A DNA stretch of 63,887 nt, the filler included, from Hausera hauseri (taxonomy: Eukaryota), in NCBI GenBank assembly GCA_046269625.1. It is 12 parts of 12 records of this genome, joined end to end, with 100 filler letters (N's around TTAATTAATTAA, not from the genome) between each part and the next. Parts side by side here need not be neighbours in the genome. Positions count along the whole stretch, not along the records: positions 46,233 to 50,662 come from JBJURY010586556.1; positions 50,763 to 55,227 come from JBJURY010567450.1; positions 55,328 to 59,534 come from JBJURY010700994.1; positions 59,635 to 63,887 come from JBJURY010674884.1; 8 more parts are not named here. The stretch is one strand, 5' to 3'. Under the pieces are notes generated by a model that saw nothing but the letters and a program-made list of their open reading frames with translations, made no database searches and was not told where the DNA came from. Both the position numbers and the translations under genes were made by a program. Every line of letters starts with the position of its first letter. Position 1 is the stretch's first letter. This document shows positions 46,260 through 59,808 of this stretch, piece after piece.

Positions 46260-48530
46260 AGAGCTGTTGCACTGTAATAATAGTAGTACTAATAAGGCTA
46301 CAGTGTTCGATATGTTGTTTGCTAATGATGGTTGAATAATATATAAAGGTCCAATGAGCGAAGGCCAAAGAGACGAAGAAAAAGAAAAGATTATTATTAG
46401 CTTTACACTTTACAATATTGTAGTAATCATGAACTGATTTTATATAACATTCCTACGTGGACGTGCTGACAGCAGTAATATTGACTTTATTCAAACATTT
46501 CTTCACTGGAACCAAAAAGTTGTTGTTAACTGGGTTCATGAGCCCTTGGACTCTTCCAGCACAGTGGCCACACCAGCTCGTCAAGTGACGCTCAAGATGT
46601 AGATTATGATACATATTTTCCACAGGGTCGATATAACGTCATCAACGATACGTGTTATACTAAGCACAATCATCTCTTATTATTGGAGGTCCAAAAATGA
46701 GTATACTGTTGTAAGTGAACAACACCCAATTTCTCAACATTTTTTGGAGCATTGATTACTTTTCTTACTTTCGGCGAATATTATTGAGGGTAACGTCCTC
46801 CCTGTTCACATGTCGCTACTATCCTTAGGCCCGCTCCTTGAGTTCATATTTGAATTGATTGGGCTCTCCTTGGTCATTTGTAAGGGAAGCCAATAAGACG
46901 GCCCCACCAGATGAATTGCTGGCGTCGTAATGAGTGGTAATAATAATCAGCGTATACGCTGTGACGTGGATGAGACAATGGAGATTGTTTGGGCATTTAT
47001 CTCAGAACATCACAATATTAGCGACTCAAAGATTCCCCGAAGCAGTCATATGGATAGCAGCAACGGCTGTCATGAACATTTCTAATGGCTTCATCTGATG
47101 TGGCCAATCGCAAACGGGTGTAATTTCCGCAGTGCGGGCGATCATTGTGATAGCTACCGTCCGAGAAATAAGAATGATCATTCAGGATGTTGTTGTTGTT
47201 GTGCTGACATGTATTATTGCTGGGTATCCTGTGATGGTGAACTGAGGTGTTACAGACGTCGCAGCCGTCACTCATCCTCCGCTCGCATATTTGCGAGACG
47301 CGTGCTCGAAGCATTCAATGAAAGCCACAACGGCAGTAACCGCTCTTGTGGTCCCAAGATGTTGCGTTTTATACTGGTGACGGCATGCGACATCCTCATA
47401 GTAGTAAGTTGTAATAACAGCAGTGATAATACTCATTGTTACAACTATAGTAATAAATCCGAGAGCTGCCGCCTGTCTAATCGCACACCGTGTGTGGATT
47501 GTCGGTCGTTCATTGACAGCGGCGTGCCGGAGGCCCTGTAGTTCGTGGCCCCACTGTCTTTCAACAACACAATAGGGGTGAGAAGGCATCTCTCCATTCA
47601 CGAGAGCAGCAACACCAGCAGCGCAACCAGCAATGATAGTTTTCTGTTCCTGTGTCAGAATCATTTCCCTTCCTCTATGAGCTCGAAATTTTGGTACCGT
47701 TGACTTCTGCAACAACCCAGACGCTGGAGCATCTCGTCTTCTGTAAATTAGTTATCATAGACGAGTGTGTGTGTTTGTAGGCTTTCAGAGAGATCATTGT
47801 CTTATTTTCTATAGCAATAGCAGTATCAGTTCATTTAGGCATCGCATGAGGTCCATTTATCTGAATGTCTCGACGAAGTTGAGAAGTAGTCCTTCTAGTC
47901 ATTATCAATTAATATTATACATCCTCTGCTCCAACTGCTGTTCATCTATAGGCGACACGGAGAGTACGCCAGTTGAATGCAACAATATTGGCGAGACATT
48001 CCAGCACACATCAATTAGTACTAGCGTCAATAGCGATAGTAGATCCGTACAGGGCGTGACTGCAAACGAAGGTGGAATAGTCGGCAGCACCGTTCTTCAC
48101 TGTTATTAATGCCTGCATGGATAGTAGTGGTAGTGTGATGGACGACTGTTAGTGCAGCGGGCTCGATGGTCTTATTAGGCATTTTAATGGTAGGTTGCTT
48201 GATCATTGGTGAGGCAACCTTCATTATTCGCACACAGAGGAGCATCGTTTCGAGAGTGTAGACCGTGAATACGATTAGAATATTATTAGTAACGGCAATG
48301 GGCTCCATATTGTTCCCTCTTTCTCTCTTTCCCTCTCTCCAGGAAGTTGTCTTGTATTTGTGGACTGGCTGACGGCCGGCCGTGTGAATTTTGCTACAAC
48401 TGATACAAATGTCAGTAAAGATGATACTTTCTGCAGGGGGTCGCACACTTGCTACATATATGACGTGACGGAGCAGAATGAAGATAGTAACAGTTGCTAC
48501 AAAACAATTAAGAACAGCTTCTACCAATGT
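46260..48530 (-). pseudogene. Possible decayed multi-pass membrane protein (MFS-like?)
   Basis: Successive hydrophobic segments in largely one frame, interrupted by TGA. Only a weak by-eye resemblance to SLC49/FLVCR. Confidence 0.25.
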
Positions 48531-50762
48531 GATGGTTTACTCTGCCACCATGACCTGTTATTGCCATAGCCATTGTTCATTTGTACATGCTTGGCTGCAC
48601 AGAAGCTGCCCATTCAGCGACCCCTCTATGAGACCGCCGAAAGGCGCGACTCTGACATTCATTCTATCATACTATTCCAGCCCGCTAACTCGCTGATCGT
48701 GAGATAGTGCTCAGAATTAATCGTGGCTGCTCATAAAAATCCTGAACTATACAAGATCCCTGCACCTGCTCAATTAGCGTGGGGATTTGCGAATAGCTGT
48801 AGGAGTTGCGCTGATGAGACTGCTGGTTTCATGTGCTCTGGGTTGGTGTGATTGCTTTGGTGTTCTCCGAGTGTGCAAGGCACCAGCGGCCGCAACGGTT
48901 CCTCGGAACTGCCGCGGGGCTGCTGACCGGTGTCTTGCTTGAATTCGCCAACACGGCACGAAATTCAGATCTTTGATCCGCGCGGCTCTATTTTCCTTTC
49001 GTTTAGAAAGCGGCTAGAATGGTGGCTGTCCTTACATCCACTCGGCTGTCGCGTGTACGTTGAGAATTCTTCGATGCTACAATTGTGGCAATGATGTTGA
49101 CGCAGGGTGTGACAAATAATGTAAACGAGATGATTATGAGGTTATTTAATTAATTGTATCTTGCGGAGCGGTAGTGCCTTGCCCTGCGCATCGCGTTGCA
49201 CAACTTCATTCTGAGCAACACCCAATATAATTGGGATTGGAGTTTGAACAAACGACACAGATGATAATCACTTGTGAGGCTTACAAGGCCAATGTTATGA
49301 AGTGTCTCTGTCTGAGTATGTGATGGTGTGAACAAGCCATATTGTGTGAGTATGCTTTCTCATTTTGGAGTTACGCGCTGCACCGCAGGTATATGTGTGT
49401 CGGTTGTGGTATCCAACATGAAATTTCAGTTGCTGTAGGACTCACAATATAACACACAATAGCCATGGCCAAAGCATGTATCGTAAGCGTATTGCTATTA
49501 GTTGTGAAGTCCATTACTGATGGTATGCGCAGATTGAATGGCTTAGCGGTCTTCTTTGTTTGTGCCAGAATCGCTGCCAAAAGTCTTATTGTTTTATGCC
49601 ATTTTATGAGCTGCTGTGCATAGCGTTCGTGATGCTTCCACTATGCGCGCACACCGCCCAATTGCACAGCGACATGCGACTCAGTGAAACTGAGGATCAA
49701 TATGTAAGTAACGGATTCGTTGGTGTGGTTTGAGCCCGCGGATCCGCACATGTGCTCCAATTAGATTGCTTCCGTAGTTGTCACTAGCAATGCATAGACT
49801 GTTAAAAGTAATGGTCTGTTCCGCGGCTGTTCCGTCTGATTGTATCCGCTGTGCTTGACTTCACTCGCCCACAATCAGCTTTCTATTTTAAACACATATC
49901 CTCACTGATTGCTGGATCATCACGGACCGCTCTGTTCGCGTCCTCTTCACGTTTCTATGCGTACCACCGGGCACTGCAAAACATGCAGATCTTTCTCCCG
50001 TCCCTCACTAAAGGTCAACCGTGTGTTGGCAAGGCTGATAGTGAGCGGATGCTGTGGAAATGCATAGATGCTGAACCGCAGGATGCAGGACTTGCTGTCA
50101 ATATTTGTTGTAGTCACAGCCAGCTACGGCCACTCTAGCCGCACACAAACAGGCATAGAATTCCTGTAATATGACAAGGTCACTGACGTATGGCTTTGCT
50201 GTGTCTGATTGCGTTGCGTTGCGTATTGTGCTGACGTGGCCACTAATTAGAACCTGTTGAATGGCATCTTGACCTCACTTTTTTCTACGCACAAACGTCT
50301 CGGCGGTGTGTGTTATTCAGAGTTACCACCAGTTGAGATTGTTCACTTACACACTCTCCTTGCGTTTGGTTTACTTTCCATTGGAAATTTGAGCAAGGGC
50401 TTTGTGCAGTTTTACGTTTACTCCCACATGTTTCTATTCATACTCCGCATCAATGCAGATAAACGCACGAAGCCTTACAACTAATTAATATCTGCGATCT
50501 GTGACTATGCATATTTCTATGTATGTATCATTTTGATAAACACAAATGTTTATATCCGAATTCAAAGAAGCGTTTATTGCGGAAGTCAAGAATGCGTGGA
50601 TAACAATCATAGACAGCGGCCTATTTGCACACGATACCTGGAGTAGGGTATAATCTTCTTTTNNNNNNNNNNNNNNNNNNNNNNNNNNNNNNNNNNNNNN
50701 NNNNNNTTAATTAATTAANNNNNNNNNNNNNNNNNNNNNNNNNNNNNNNNNNNNNNNNNNNN

Positions 50763-51061
50763 TTTCTCTCTCTGTCCCTTTCTCTGTCTCTGAATCTGTC
50801 TCAGTCTCTCTGTCTCTCTGTCTCTTTGTCTCTGTCTCTCTGTCTCTTTATCTGTCTCTATCTCTGTCTCTGTCTCTGTCTCTGTCTCCGTCTCTCTCTC
50901 GGTCTGTGTCTGTGTCTCTCTTTGTGTCTGTGTCTCTGTCGCTCTGTCTCTCTGTATCTGTCTCCGTCGGCCAGTCTGTCTTATTTGTCTGTCTCTCCCT
51001 ATCTCACTATCTTTCTCCCTGCCTCATTCTCTCTTCATCTCCCTCTCTCTCGCTCGCTCTG

Positions 51062-51092
<31 letters not shown>

Positions 51093-52314
51093 GTCTCTCT
51101 GTCGTTGTCTCGGTCACTCTGTCTTTGTCTCTCTATCGCTGTGTCTCTCTCTCGCTATGTGACTGAATCTGTGTCTGTGTCACTGTATATGTGTTTCTGT
51201 GTCTCTCTCCCTGTCACTCTGTCTTTCATTCTCTCTGTCTGTCTGCCTCTCTGTGTCTCGGTCTCTCGCCATCTCTGTCTCTGTCCCTCTCTGTCTCTCT
51301 GTCTCTGTCTCTATGTCTCTGTCTCTGTCTCTTTGTCTGGGTCTGTGTCTGTGTCTGTGTCTCTGTCTCTGTCTNNNNNNNNNNNNNNNNNNNNNNNNNN
51401 NNNNNNNNNNNNNNNNNNNNNNNNNNNNNNNNNNNNNNNNNNNNNNNNNNNNNNNNNNNNNNNNNNNNNNNNNNNNNNNNNNNNNNNNNNNNNNNNNNNN
51501 NNNNNNNNNNNNNNNNNNNNNNNNNNNNNNNNNNNNNNNNNNNNNNNNNNNNNNNNNNNGTATGTCAGTCTGTCTGTCTCTCCCTCTCTCTCACTTGACC
51601 TCTGTTTCTCTCACTCACTCTCACTCACGCTCTCTGTCTCTCTCTGTCCCTCTGTTTCTGTCTCTCTGTCTCTGTGTCCCTGACTCGGTGTCTCTGTGTC
51701 TGTGTCTCTTTCTCTGTCTCTGTATATGCCTCTGTTTTTCTCTCTCTCTGTCTCTCTGTCTCTGTCACTGTCTCGGTTTCTCTCTTTCTCTGTATCTATC
51801 TATCTCTGTCTCTCTGTCTCTGTTTCTCTCTCTGTCCCTTTCTCTGTCTCTGAATCTGTCTCAGTCTCTCTGTCTCTCTGTCTCTTTGTCTCTGTCTCTT
51901 TGTATCTGTCTGTGTATGTGTCTGTGTCTCTGTATTTGACTCTCTCTGCTTCTGTCTGTCTCGGTCCCTCTGTCTCTCTGTCTCTCCCTGTCTCTGTCTC
52001 TGTGCCTCTCTCTCTCTGTTTCCCTGTCTGTCTCTCTGTCTCACTCTCTTTATCTGTCTCTCTGTCCCTNNNNNNNNNNNNNNNNNNNNNNNNNNNNNNN
52101 NNNNNNNNNNNNNNNNNNNNNNNNNNNNNNNNNNNNNNNNNNNNNNNNNNNNNNNNNNNNNNNNNNNNNNNNNNNNNNNNNNNNNNNNNNNNNNNNNNNN
52201 NNNNNNNNNNNNNNNNNNNNNNNNNNNNNNNNNNNNNNNNTCTGTGTCTCTGTCTTTGACTCTCTCTGCCTCTGTCTGTCTCTGTCTCTCTGTCTCTGCC
52301 TGTCTGTTTCTGTT

Positions 52315-52354
<40 letters not shown>

Positions 52355-52519
52355 GGTCTGTGTCTGTGTCTCTCTTTGTGTCTGTGTCTCTGTCGCTCTG
52401 TCTCTCTGTATCTGTCTCTATCGGCCAGTCTGTCTTATTTGTCTGTCTCTCCCTATCTCACTATCTCTCTCCCTGCCTCATTCTCTCTCCATCTCCCTCT
52501 CTTTCTTTCTCTCGCTCTG

Positions 52520-52550
<31 letters not shown>

Positions 52551-55150
52551 GTCTCTTTGTCGTTGTCTCGGTCACTCTGCCTCTGTCTCTCTATCTCTGT
52601 GTCTCTCTCTCGCTATGTGACTGAATCTGTGTCTGTGTCACTGTATCTGTGTTTCTGTGTCTCTCTCCCTGTTACTCTGTCTTTCACTCTCTCTGTCTGT
52701 TTGCCTCTCTGTGTCTCGGTTTCTCGCCATCTCTGTCTCTGTCCCTCTCTGTCTCTCTGTCTCTCTGTGTCTCTGTCTCTGTCTCTATGTCTATGTCTCT
52801 GTCTCTCTGTCTGTCTGACTCTGTCTCTCTGTTTGTCAGTCCGTCTGTCTGTCTGTCTGTTTGTCTGCTGTCTGTCTGTCTGTGTGTTTGTATCTGTCTT
52901 TGTATGCCAGTTTGTCTGTCTCTCCCTCTTTCTCACTTTCCCTCTGTTTCTCTCACTCACTCTCACTCACGTTCTCTGTCTCTCTGTGTCCCTCTGTTTC
53001 TGTCTCTCTGTCTCTGTGTCTCTGTCTCGGTGCCTCTTTGTCTGTGTCTTTTTCTCTGCCTCTGTATATGCCTCTGTTTTTCTCTCTCTCTGTCTGTCTC
53101 TGTCCCTCTGCCTCTGTCTCTGTCGCTCTGTCTCTCTCTATGTCTCTTTGTCTCTGTCTCTCTGTCTCTGTCTCTCTCTCGTCTCTCACTGTCTCTGTGT
53201 CTCCCTGTATATGTGTTTCTTTGTCTGTGTCTCTCTCTGTCTCTCTGTCCCACAGTCTCCCTGTCTGTCTGTCTCTCTGATTTTGTCTGTCTCTCTGTGT
53301 CTGTCTGTCTCTCTCTTTCCNNNNNNNNNNNNNNNNNNNNNNNNNNNNNNNNNNNNNNNNNNNNNNNNNNNNNNNNNNNNNNNNNNNNNNNNNNNNNNNN
53401 NNNNNNNNNNNNNNNNNNNNNNNNNNNNNNNNNNNNNNNNNNNNNNNNNNNNNNNNNNNNNNNNNNNNNNNNNNNNNTCTCTCTGTCTCGGTATTTCTGT
53501 CTCTGTCTCTCTGTCTGGGTATATGTCTGTCTCTCTCTCTATGTCTTTGTCTCTCTCTGCCTATGTCTCTGTCTCTGTGTCTGTCTCTCTTTCCCTGTCT
53601 CTGTGTCTGTCCCTCTGTCTCTGTATCTTTGTCTTTGTCTTTGTCTCTTTCTCTCTGTCTATCTCTTTGCCTCTGTCTCTGTCTATCTCGATCTGTGTCG
53701 CCGTGTGTCTTTGTGTCTGTGTCTGTGTTGTCTGCGTCTACATCTCTGTCTCTGTCTCTGTCTCGCTGTCTCCGTGTGTGTCTGTGTTTTTGTCTCTGTC
53801 TTTGAATCTCTCTTCCTCTGTCTGTGTTTCAGTCCCTATCTGTTTCTTTGTCTGTCTGCCTCTGTGTCTGTCTGTCTGTCTGTATCTCCCTGTATCTTTC
53901 TCCCTCTCTTTCTCTCTCTGCCTCTCCCACTCTCGGTCTGTCTCTCTCTGTCTCTCTGGTTTTGTGTCTCTGTCTCTCTGTCTCTGTCTCTCTGTCTCGG
54001 TCAGTGTCAGTATCTGTGTCTCCGTCCCTGTGACTTTGTCTCAGTCTCTCTGTCTCTCTATATCTGTCTCTCTGTCTCTGTCTCTAAATCTGTCTCTGTC
54101 TCTGTCTTTCTTTGTCTCTCTCTGCTCTCTCTCTGTCTCTCTGTCTCAGTCTCTGTTTCTCTGTCTCAGTCTTTGTTTCTCTGTGTCTGTCTTTCTCTCT
54201 CTCTCGATCTGTGTCTGCGTATGTGTCTGTGTCTCTGTCTCTCTGTCTCTCTGTCCATCTGTCTCACTCTTTCTCTCTGTGTCTCTGTGTCTGTCTCGTC
54301 TCTCTCAGTCTCTGTCGCTGAATATCTCTGTCTCTCTGTCTCTGTCTTTCGGTCTCTGTCTCTCTGTCTCTGTTTCTCTTTCTTTGTGTCTCTCGGTCCG
54401 TCTGTGTCTCTCTCTCTCTCTGTCCATCTGTCTAAACTTTCTCTCTGTGTCTCTGTCTCTGTCTCTGTCTCGTCTCTCTCTGTCTCTGTGTCTCTATCTG
54501 TCTCTCTGTCTTTTTCTCTTTTTGTGTCTCTGCCTCTCGGTCTCTCTGTCTGTCTCTCTCTCTCTGCCTTTGTCTCTCTCTCTATGTCGGTCTCTCTCTC
54601 TGTCTTTGTCTCTCTCTGTCTCTGTCTCTCTGTCTCTGTCTCTGTCGATCTGACTCTCTGTAGGTCTCTATCTATGTTTCTGTCTCTGTCTCTGTGTCTG
54701 TCGCTATATCTCTGTCTCTGTCTCTCTCTCTCTGTCTCCTTCTATGACTCTCTCTGTCTCTCTGTCTCTGTCTCTCTGTCTCTGTTGCTGCCTCTGTCTC
54801 TGTCTCTGTTTCGCTGTCTCGGTATGTATATGTGTCTGTGTCTCCGTCTTTGACTCTTTCTGCCTCTGTCTCTGTCTCAGTCCCTGTCTGTCTCTGTTTC
54901 TGTCTGTCTCTGCCTCTGTCTGTCTGTGTCTCTATGTTTCTGTCTCTCGGTCTTTGTCTCTGTCGCTCTCTCTCTGTCTCTTTGTCCCTGTTCTTCTGTC
55001 TCTGACTCCCTTTGTCTCTCTGTCTCTGTCTCTGTATCTCTTTCTCTCTGTCTCTCTGTCTCTCTGTATCAGTCTCTGCCTCTGTGTCTCTGTGTATCTG
55101 TGTCCCTGTGTCTCTGTCTCTGTCTCTATGTCACTCTGTCTCTGCCTCTG
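50763..55150. repeat. Compound (TC)n/(TCTG)n/(TCTCTG)n microsatellite array with higher-order duplication and internal N gaps
   Basis: Extremely pyrimidine-biased plus strand. The diagnostic block at about 50898-51300 recurs at about 52352-52760. Confidence 0.97.
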
Positions 55151-55327
55151 AGTAGGGGGATTGGAGCGCACTGGGCCACCCCCCCCCCCAGGATCGATAA
55201 TCAATATTGTATGGGAAATTTATATGGNNNNNNNNNNNNNNNNNNNNNNNNNNNNNNNNNNNNNNNNNNNNTTAATTAATTAANNNNNNNNNNNNNNNNN
55301 NNNNNNNNNNNNNNNNNNNNNNNNNNN

Positions 55328-55582
55328 CTAAATTCCTCTTTAATGTTTGTCATCAATATCGATCGAACAACAAGTTCTACATAGTCTTCCTTTGACAGAA
55401 AGTATTCATTCTCCAATTCATTAAGAAATTTGACATAATCGATTTTCCCACTGCATATTTCATTTGTGAGCCGTTTAATTTCAGCTTCTAAATCTATTTT
55501 GTAAATCTAAGTATATAAATTATTTCGGTTAACAGATTTAAAATCATACCATTTGTCGCACAAATTGTTGAAACAACGCCAT
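55328..55582 (-). CDS. 5' end of a hypothetical gene with a 43-nt intron
   Basis: Exon 1 55582-55550 (MALFQQFVRQM), GT..AG intron 55549-55507, exon 2 IYKIDLEAEIKRLTNEICSGKIDYVKFLNELENEYF.. open to the contig end. Paralogue at 15671-15855. Confidence 0.65.
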
Positions 55583-55649
55583 GCTATTTACACACCAATA
55601 TTTTTACCCAACCACCAAAATTAAAACAAAAATTTTTGGCACAAACCGA

Positions 55650-55752
55650 CCAATCAAATTACACAAAGTGGGGGTGAGAATAGTGAAACCACGACCAGAT
55701 CAGAAAATGCTTTGTTAAAACATTTTAAAAAAATTTTGGCGCGAAATTCAAA
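55650..55752. promoter_or_regulatory. CCAAT box and adjacent E2F-like/CHR-like motifs
   Basis: CCAATC at 55650 and TTTTGGCGCGAAATTCAAA at 55734-55752. Equivalent motifs are conserved at about 15925 and 16006-16025. Confidence 0.45.
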
Positions 55753-56220
55753 TTTTGACACGTAGCTAAAATCCATACAGTACGCCCGCCTGTGTGTATC
55801 CACTTTGTGACTGTGTGTTTCCTATCTCCACCCTATTAAGCGCGCGTGTGTGTATAGTTTTTTCTACCCCATGACTCATCCGTGAACTTAATCTTTTCAC
55901 TTTCCCTGAGGGGGGTCTGATCTCATGCACTCTCATCCTACTACTACTGTTCATGATAAGCAATGTAAACATATGAATAACATAAGAGGTTAGGTCAAAT
56001 ATTATTATAATATAAGGGGATCGTGTAGATTAATATTGACTATTTATTCCTTAATATTTACTTCACCAGTCATAATACATCAAAGGAAAACAAAATGTAG
56101 TATAGTATTAATTCCAATTGTAGTTAAGTCACTCATATAGGAAACAGAAACATTATTAATACATCCTTTATTCAGAATTTATATGTTGACATGAATCAAA
56201 GGTTCATTAAAACCCCTATG

Positions 56221-56800
56221 TTAACAACTTTTTCGACAATTTCCACCAATTTCGAATAGTGCAGCACACTTTCGAAGTGTTAAAATCGATGGTGCACTAT
56301 AGGGGGTTGGAAAAAAATTAAAATAAAAGAAATTGATTATTGAATATTGATTATCGATCATGGGGAGTTGGCTCAGTGTGCTCACATGCCTCATCACTGA
56401 AATAAAATACATCAAAAATGACGGATTGGTCAATCTTTCATTATTAAAAAATGAGCAGAATGATATTCTTGAAAAATAATCGTCCTCATACAGTTTTTGA
56501 TGGGTTTGAACTTTGTGTCGTTTCTGTTCAAGGATTTTTCAAGATTTTGTAAGCCATGCTGAGTGGAATCCGTAATTCGTTTGAAGCCTACCTGATGGAC
56601 ATGTGTGGACTTTTGTCAAAATATTCTTTTATCATCGAAATGGTCGTCTACTGCGGGGTTTAGCCAGAATCGAGCCTGTTTCTTTCAATTTATTCAGCTA
56701 ATTGATAACTGTTATTTACGTCTATGGAGTTCCTTAAAGTATTTAATGTAACAAAAATTCTTCAACATTTTTCCCGTTTGTTAAATTAGTGTATAATAAT
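56221..56800 (-). pseudogene. Deleted Tc1/mariner-superfamily transposase (DUF4817-type N-terminus)
   Basis: KLKETGSILAKPRSRRP, SPHMSIR*ASNELRIP, QKLYEDDYFSRISFC, LFSDEA. Confidence 0.65.
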
Positions 56801-58679
56801 CAAAATCGTACTACGTAATGTTAGTTATTAAGGCATTGGGTACAGATTTCAAGCATTTTTAAATATTTTCGACGAGACAAATTTGGTACTTTCTTGTTGT
56901 AGTTTGTTAATTTCATCTGTCATGTACCTAAGACCATAGTGTTAACTAGTCAGTAAAATTGATTTTTATTCATTAATTAGTATCTGTTGTATGTTTCAAA
57001 ATCCATCAATTTGAAGTAAAATGTCCATATATTTCCATAATACAAACAAATAAGAATCGCATGTAAAATACACTAATATACAGGCAGTTGTTAAGGACAA
57101 TTCTCTATATATTCCAACTCCATAGCAACAGCAAAATATTGTTTTCCTGATGACTTTCTAACATTGAAATTTCTATATTTAAAATTTCTGTATTGATTAA
57201 GTGAATTAGCTCTCATTAAAAATTTAATCATTGACGAAACATATTTTTAGATAGCAGATTAGAATTCGTCAAAATGACTAATTATATTCAATTAGTGTTG
57301 ACGGTACCATGGCAACTGTTGGTGAAACTAATGCTACCGTACGAGATAATATAATTCGTAAAAGTACATTACCAGCAAATTATGCACAAAGTGTGTGTGT
57401 ATGTGTGTTTGTATGCAAATCATGACCAGTTATATTGTCGCAGTGCTAGAAACATGCTTCACGTTACACGTGGAGCATTTCCTGTTTTGCTTCTTCCTAT
57501 TTAGCGCCTTTCCCTTACATTTTTCGTATACCGCGCCTATATTAACTCTTGCTCACCTCGTCACGGGCTATCGACATAACCTGGTCCAAAGTCCATTGCT
57601 CGACATCATTTCCTCGCGGGGGGGGGTCGTGAGAAAATTTTAGTAAAATGTTCAGAATAACCAATCAGATGGGGAAAACTGGTCGGCGGGACTATCAGAG
57701 GAGTGCGGCAGAACGCTCACTTCTACATACTATGTCGACGTTAAATCCGGCTTGTTTCACTTGTTATGAAGGTTTGTACACACCTCACATGACCTGACAC
57801 AGAATTTCCCATCTGTGATTGGCTAAACGTTCGTAGGATTGTGCATAGTTTACAGTTCATGTTATTTTTATTTCTATACCAAATAACTACAAGTCAATTA
57901 ATTACTTAGCTAAACCTATGAACATAAAAGATATTTTTAAGTTCAGTGTACGTTGATATTCATTAAATTAACATTTGAAACTGAAATGCTGAAGAATAAT
58001 GATCATCACCATCATCAACTAATAAACTAAATTTAGTAACAATATAATGAAATTATTTAAGTTCAAATTATTTTGATCCGTAAATTGCTTTTTTATTTAT
58101 TTTGCATCCGCATGTATTGATTGATAAGACTTATCAACTTTATGTGAATCTGGAATATTTAATCTGTACTGTAGATTGTATTAATAGCACCTGGACGTGT
58201 TACGTATTGGACTGCCTTGTCCTCCCCTAAACGGGGGTAAGGGGTGCAACTAATTGAGTTCTAGAGCATTTTTAACAGAAAGAAGTTAATATATTCGTAT
58301 ATGTTCCTCTTCCACCTTAATTATCTGTTACACATTCAATGTAGATGGACAAAATCAGCTATTTCAAACTACGTAAATCCATCGATAACAATTATTGATA
58401 GCAGATTATTGTTAGATATTATTCTTCTGTAAATGATGTTGGTATTGTGTAAAACTACTAGTTGTATTGGAAATATTTCACTGTGGGGTATCACAGATAC
58501 AGAAGACGACCTTGGAATTTATGCCAAATGTTTTGCGTCCGGAATTTCTATCTATATCAATTTATATTGCGTCGTTAGTATCCATAATGATATTATTTCA
58601 AATGTCTTAGTCATTTTGGTTATGTTTTTGTAATTTGACTTTATTTAAACAACTTATTTCATTACTTTTGAACTGTTCG

Positions 58680-59534
58680 TCATTTTTTCATTCTCTGATA
58701 ACATGAGTTCACGGTCATATCCATGCAGCTATATAGTACAATATTTTGTATTTTTATGCAAGTCATGAACAACAACATCGATACCTGAATTGGTGAACGC
58801 CAATCAGCACCAACTGTCACCAATTTCGATGAAATTCCTTCTAAATTAGCCAGCACTGCTCGTTGCAATGCGGTCAATTTCATCTATGTTAATTTAGTAT
58901 TGAGGAGATGTCAAATACAAATGACATACGCAACTCCATTGTTCCAATTTCTGACAATACTTATTAATCATCCAATCAGGCAGTTTGTCCATTTTCCCCT
59001 CAACTGCAGCATGGAAGATAGTCTCTCCATGATGAGTTGTTATGTCCGTATCATCGCCCATCTGGGTTCTATTTTCATTAATCTGATTTTTAAATGGAGG
59101 GAAACATTTTTCACGTCTGAATTTAACAGCCATGCACAATGCAGACTCCACAACCTTATCAATATTCAACACACAACCCAAAGAACGTTAATCACACCTC
59201 GTCATTGCATCCAATGGTACGTAATATGTATTCCACCATATCAGGATCATCATCAATGACTGCCATGTGCAGCCGTCCTTGACCAATCTAATTGGAATTA
59301 ATAATCTGCATCATTAAATAAACCTCCTCGTTTGCAATAAAATATCCTTGTCTCTCATTGATAATGTCTACAATTTCATAAAATCCTTTCTCTGTTGCCA
59401 ATTTAATAGCCTCATCGCATGACTGAAACAGGCAATAGTAAATGATGACAATTCAACTGATTACGTCATCCATTGCAAAGCATTTCCTCAAAATGTCCCT
59501 CACAGCCAATCCATGCCTACACATCACTGCTGTA
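58680..59534 (-). pseudogene. Highly decayed hAT (Buster/ZBED5-like) transposase fragment
   Basis: RHGLAV near the contig end, CFPPF and PDWMIN. Weak motif match only. Confidence 0.4.
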
Positions 59535-59808
59535 NNNNNNNNNNNNNNNNNNNNNNNNNNNNNNNNNNNNNNNNNNNNTTAATTAATTAANNNNNNNNNN
59601 NNNNNNNNNNNNNNNNNNNNNNNNNNNNNNNNNNGGTTGACCTAATGATGATTACTTTTAACTAACTTCCAGTAGCCACAGTCCATAGATGACGTCAGAT
59701 CAGGTATAATACAGTAATTTCTGTACTTGAAATAAGTTACCACAGCCACATAAAGATATATTTTTTATGCTGTAGATTACTGATTTTTGCTACGTTCTTT
59801 CAACTGAG

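Noticed and set aside
50826-55279. Long Ser/Leu/Cys/Val-rich and Arg/Glu/Thr-rich ORFs (up to 734 aa)
   Set aside because: They are translations of a stop-poor microsatellite and of N runs.
57612-57640. GCGGGGGGGGT as the polypurine tract of an LTR element
   Set aside because: No associated pol sequence or second LTR is visible.
4170-59634. Regularly recurring TTAATTAATTAA flanked by Ns as a biological repeat or CRISPR-like array
   Set aside because: It is an exact 100-bp assembly linker with six-frame stops.
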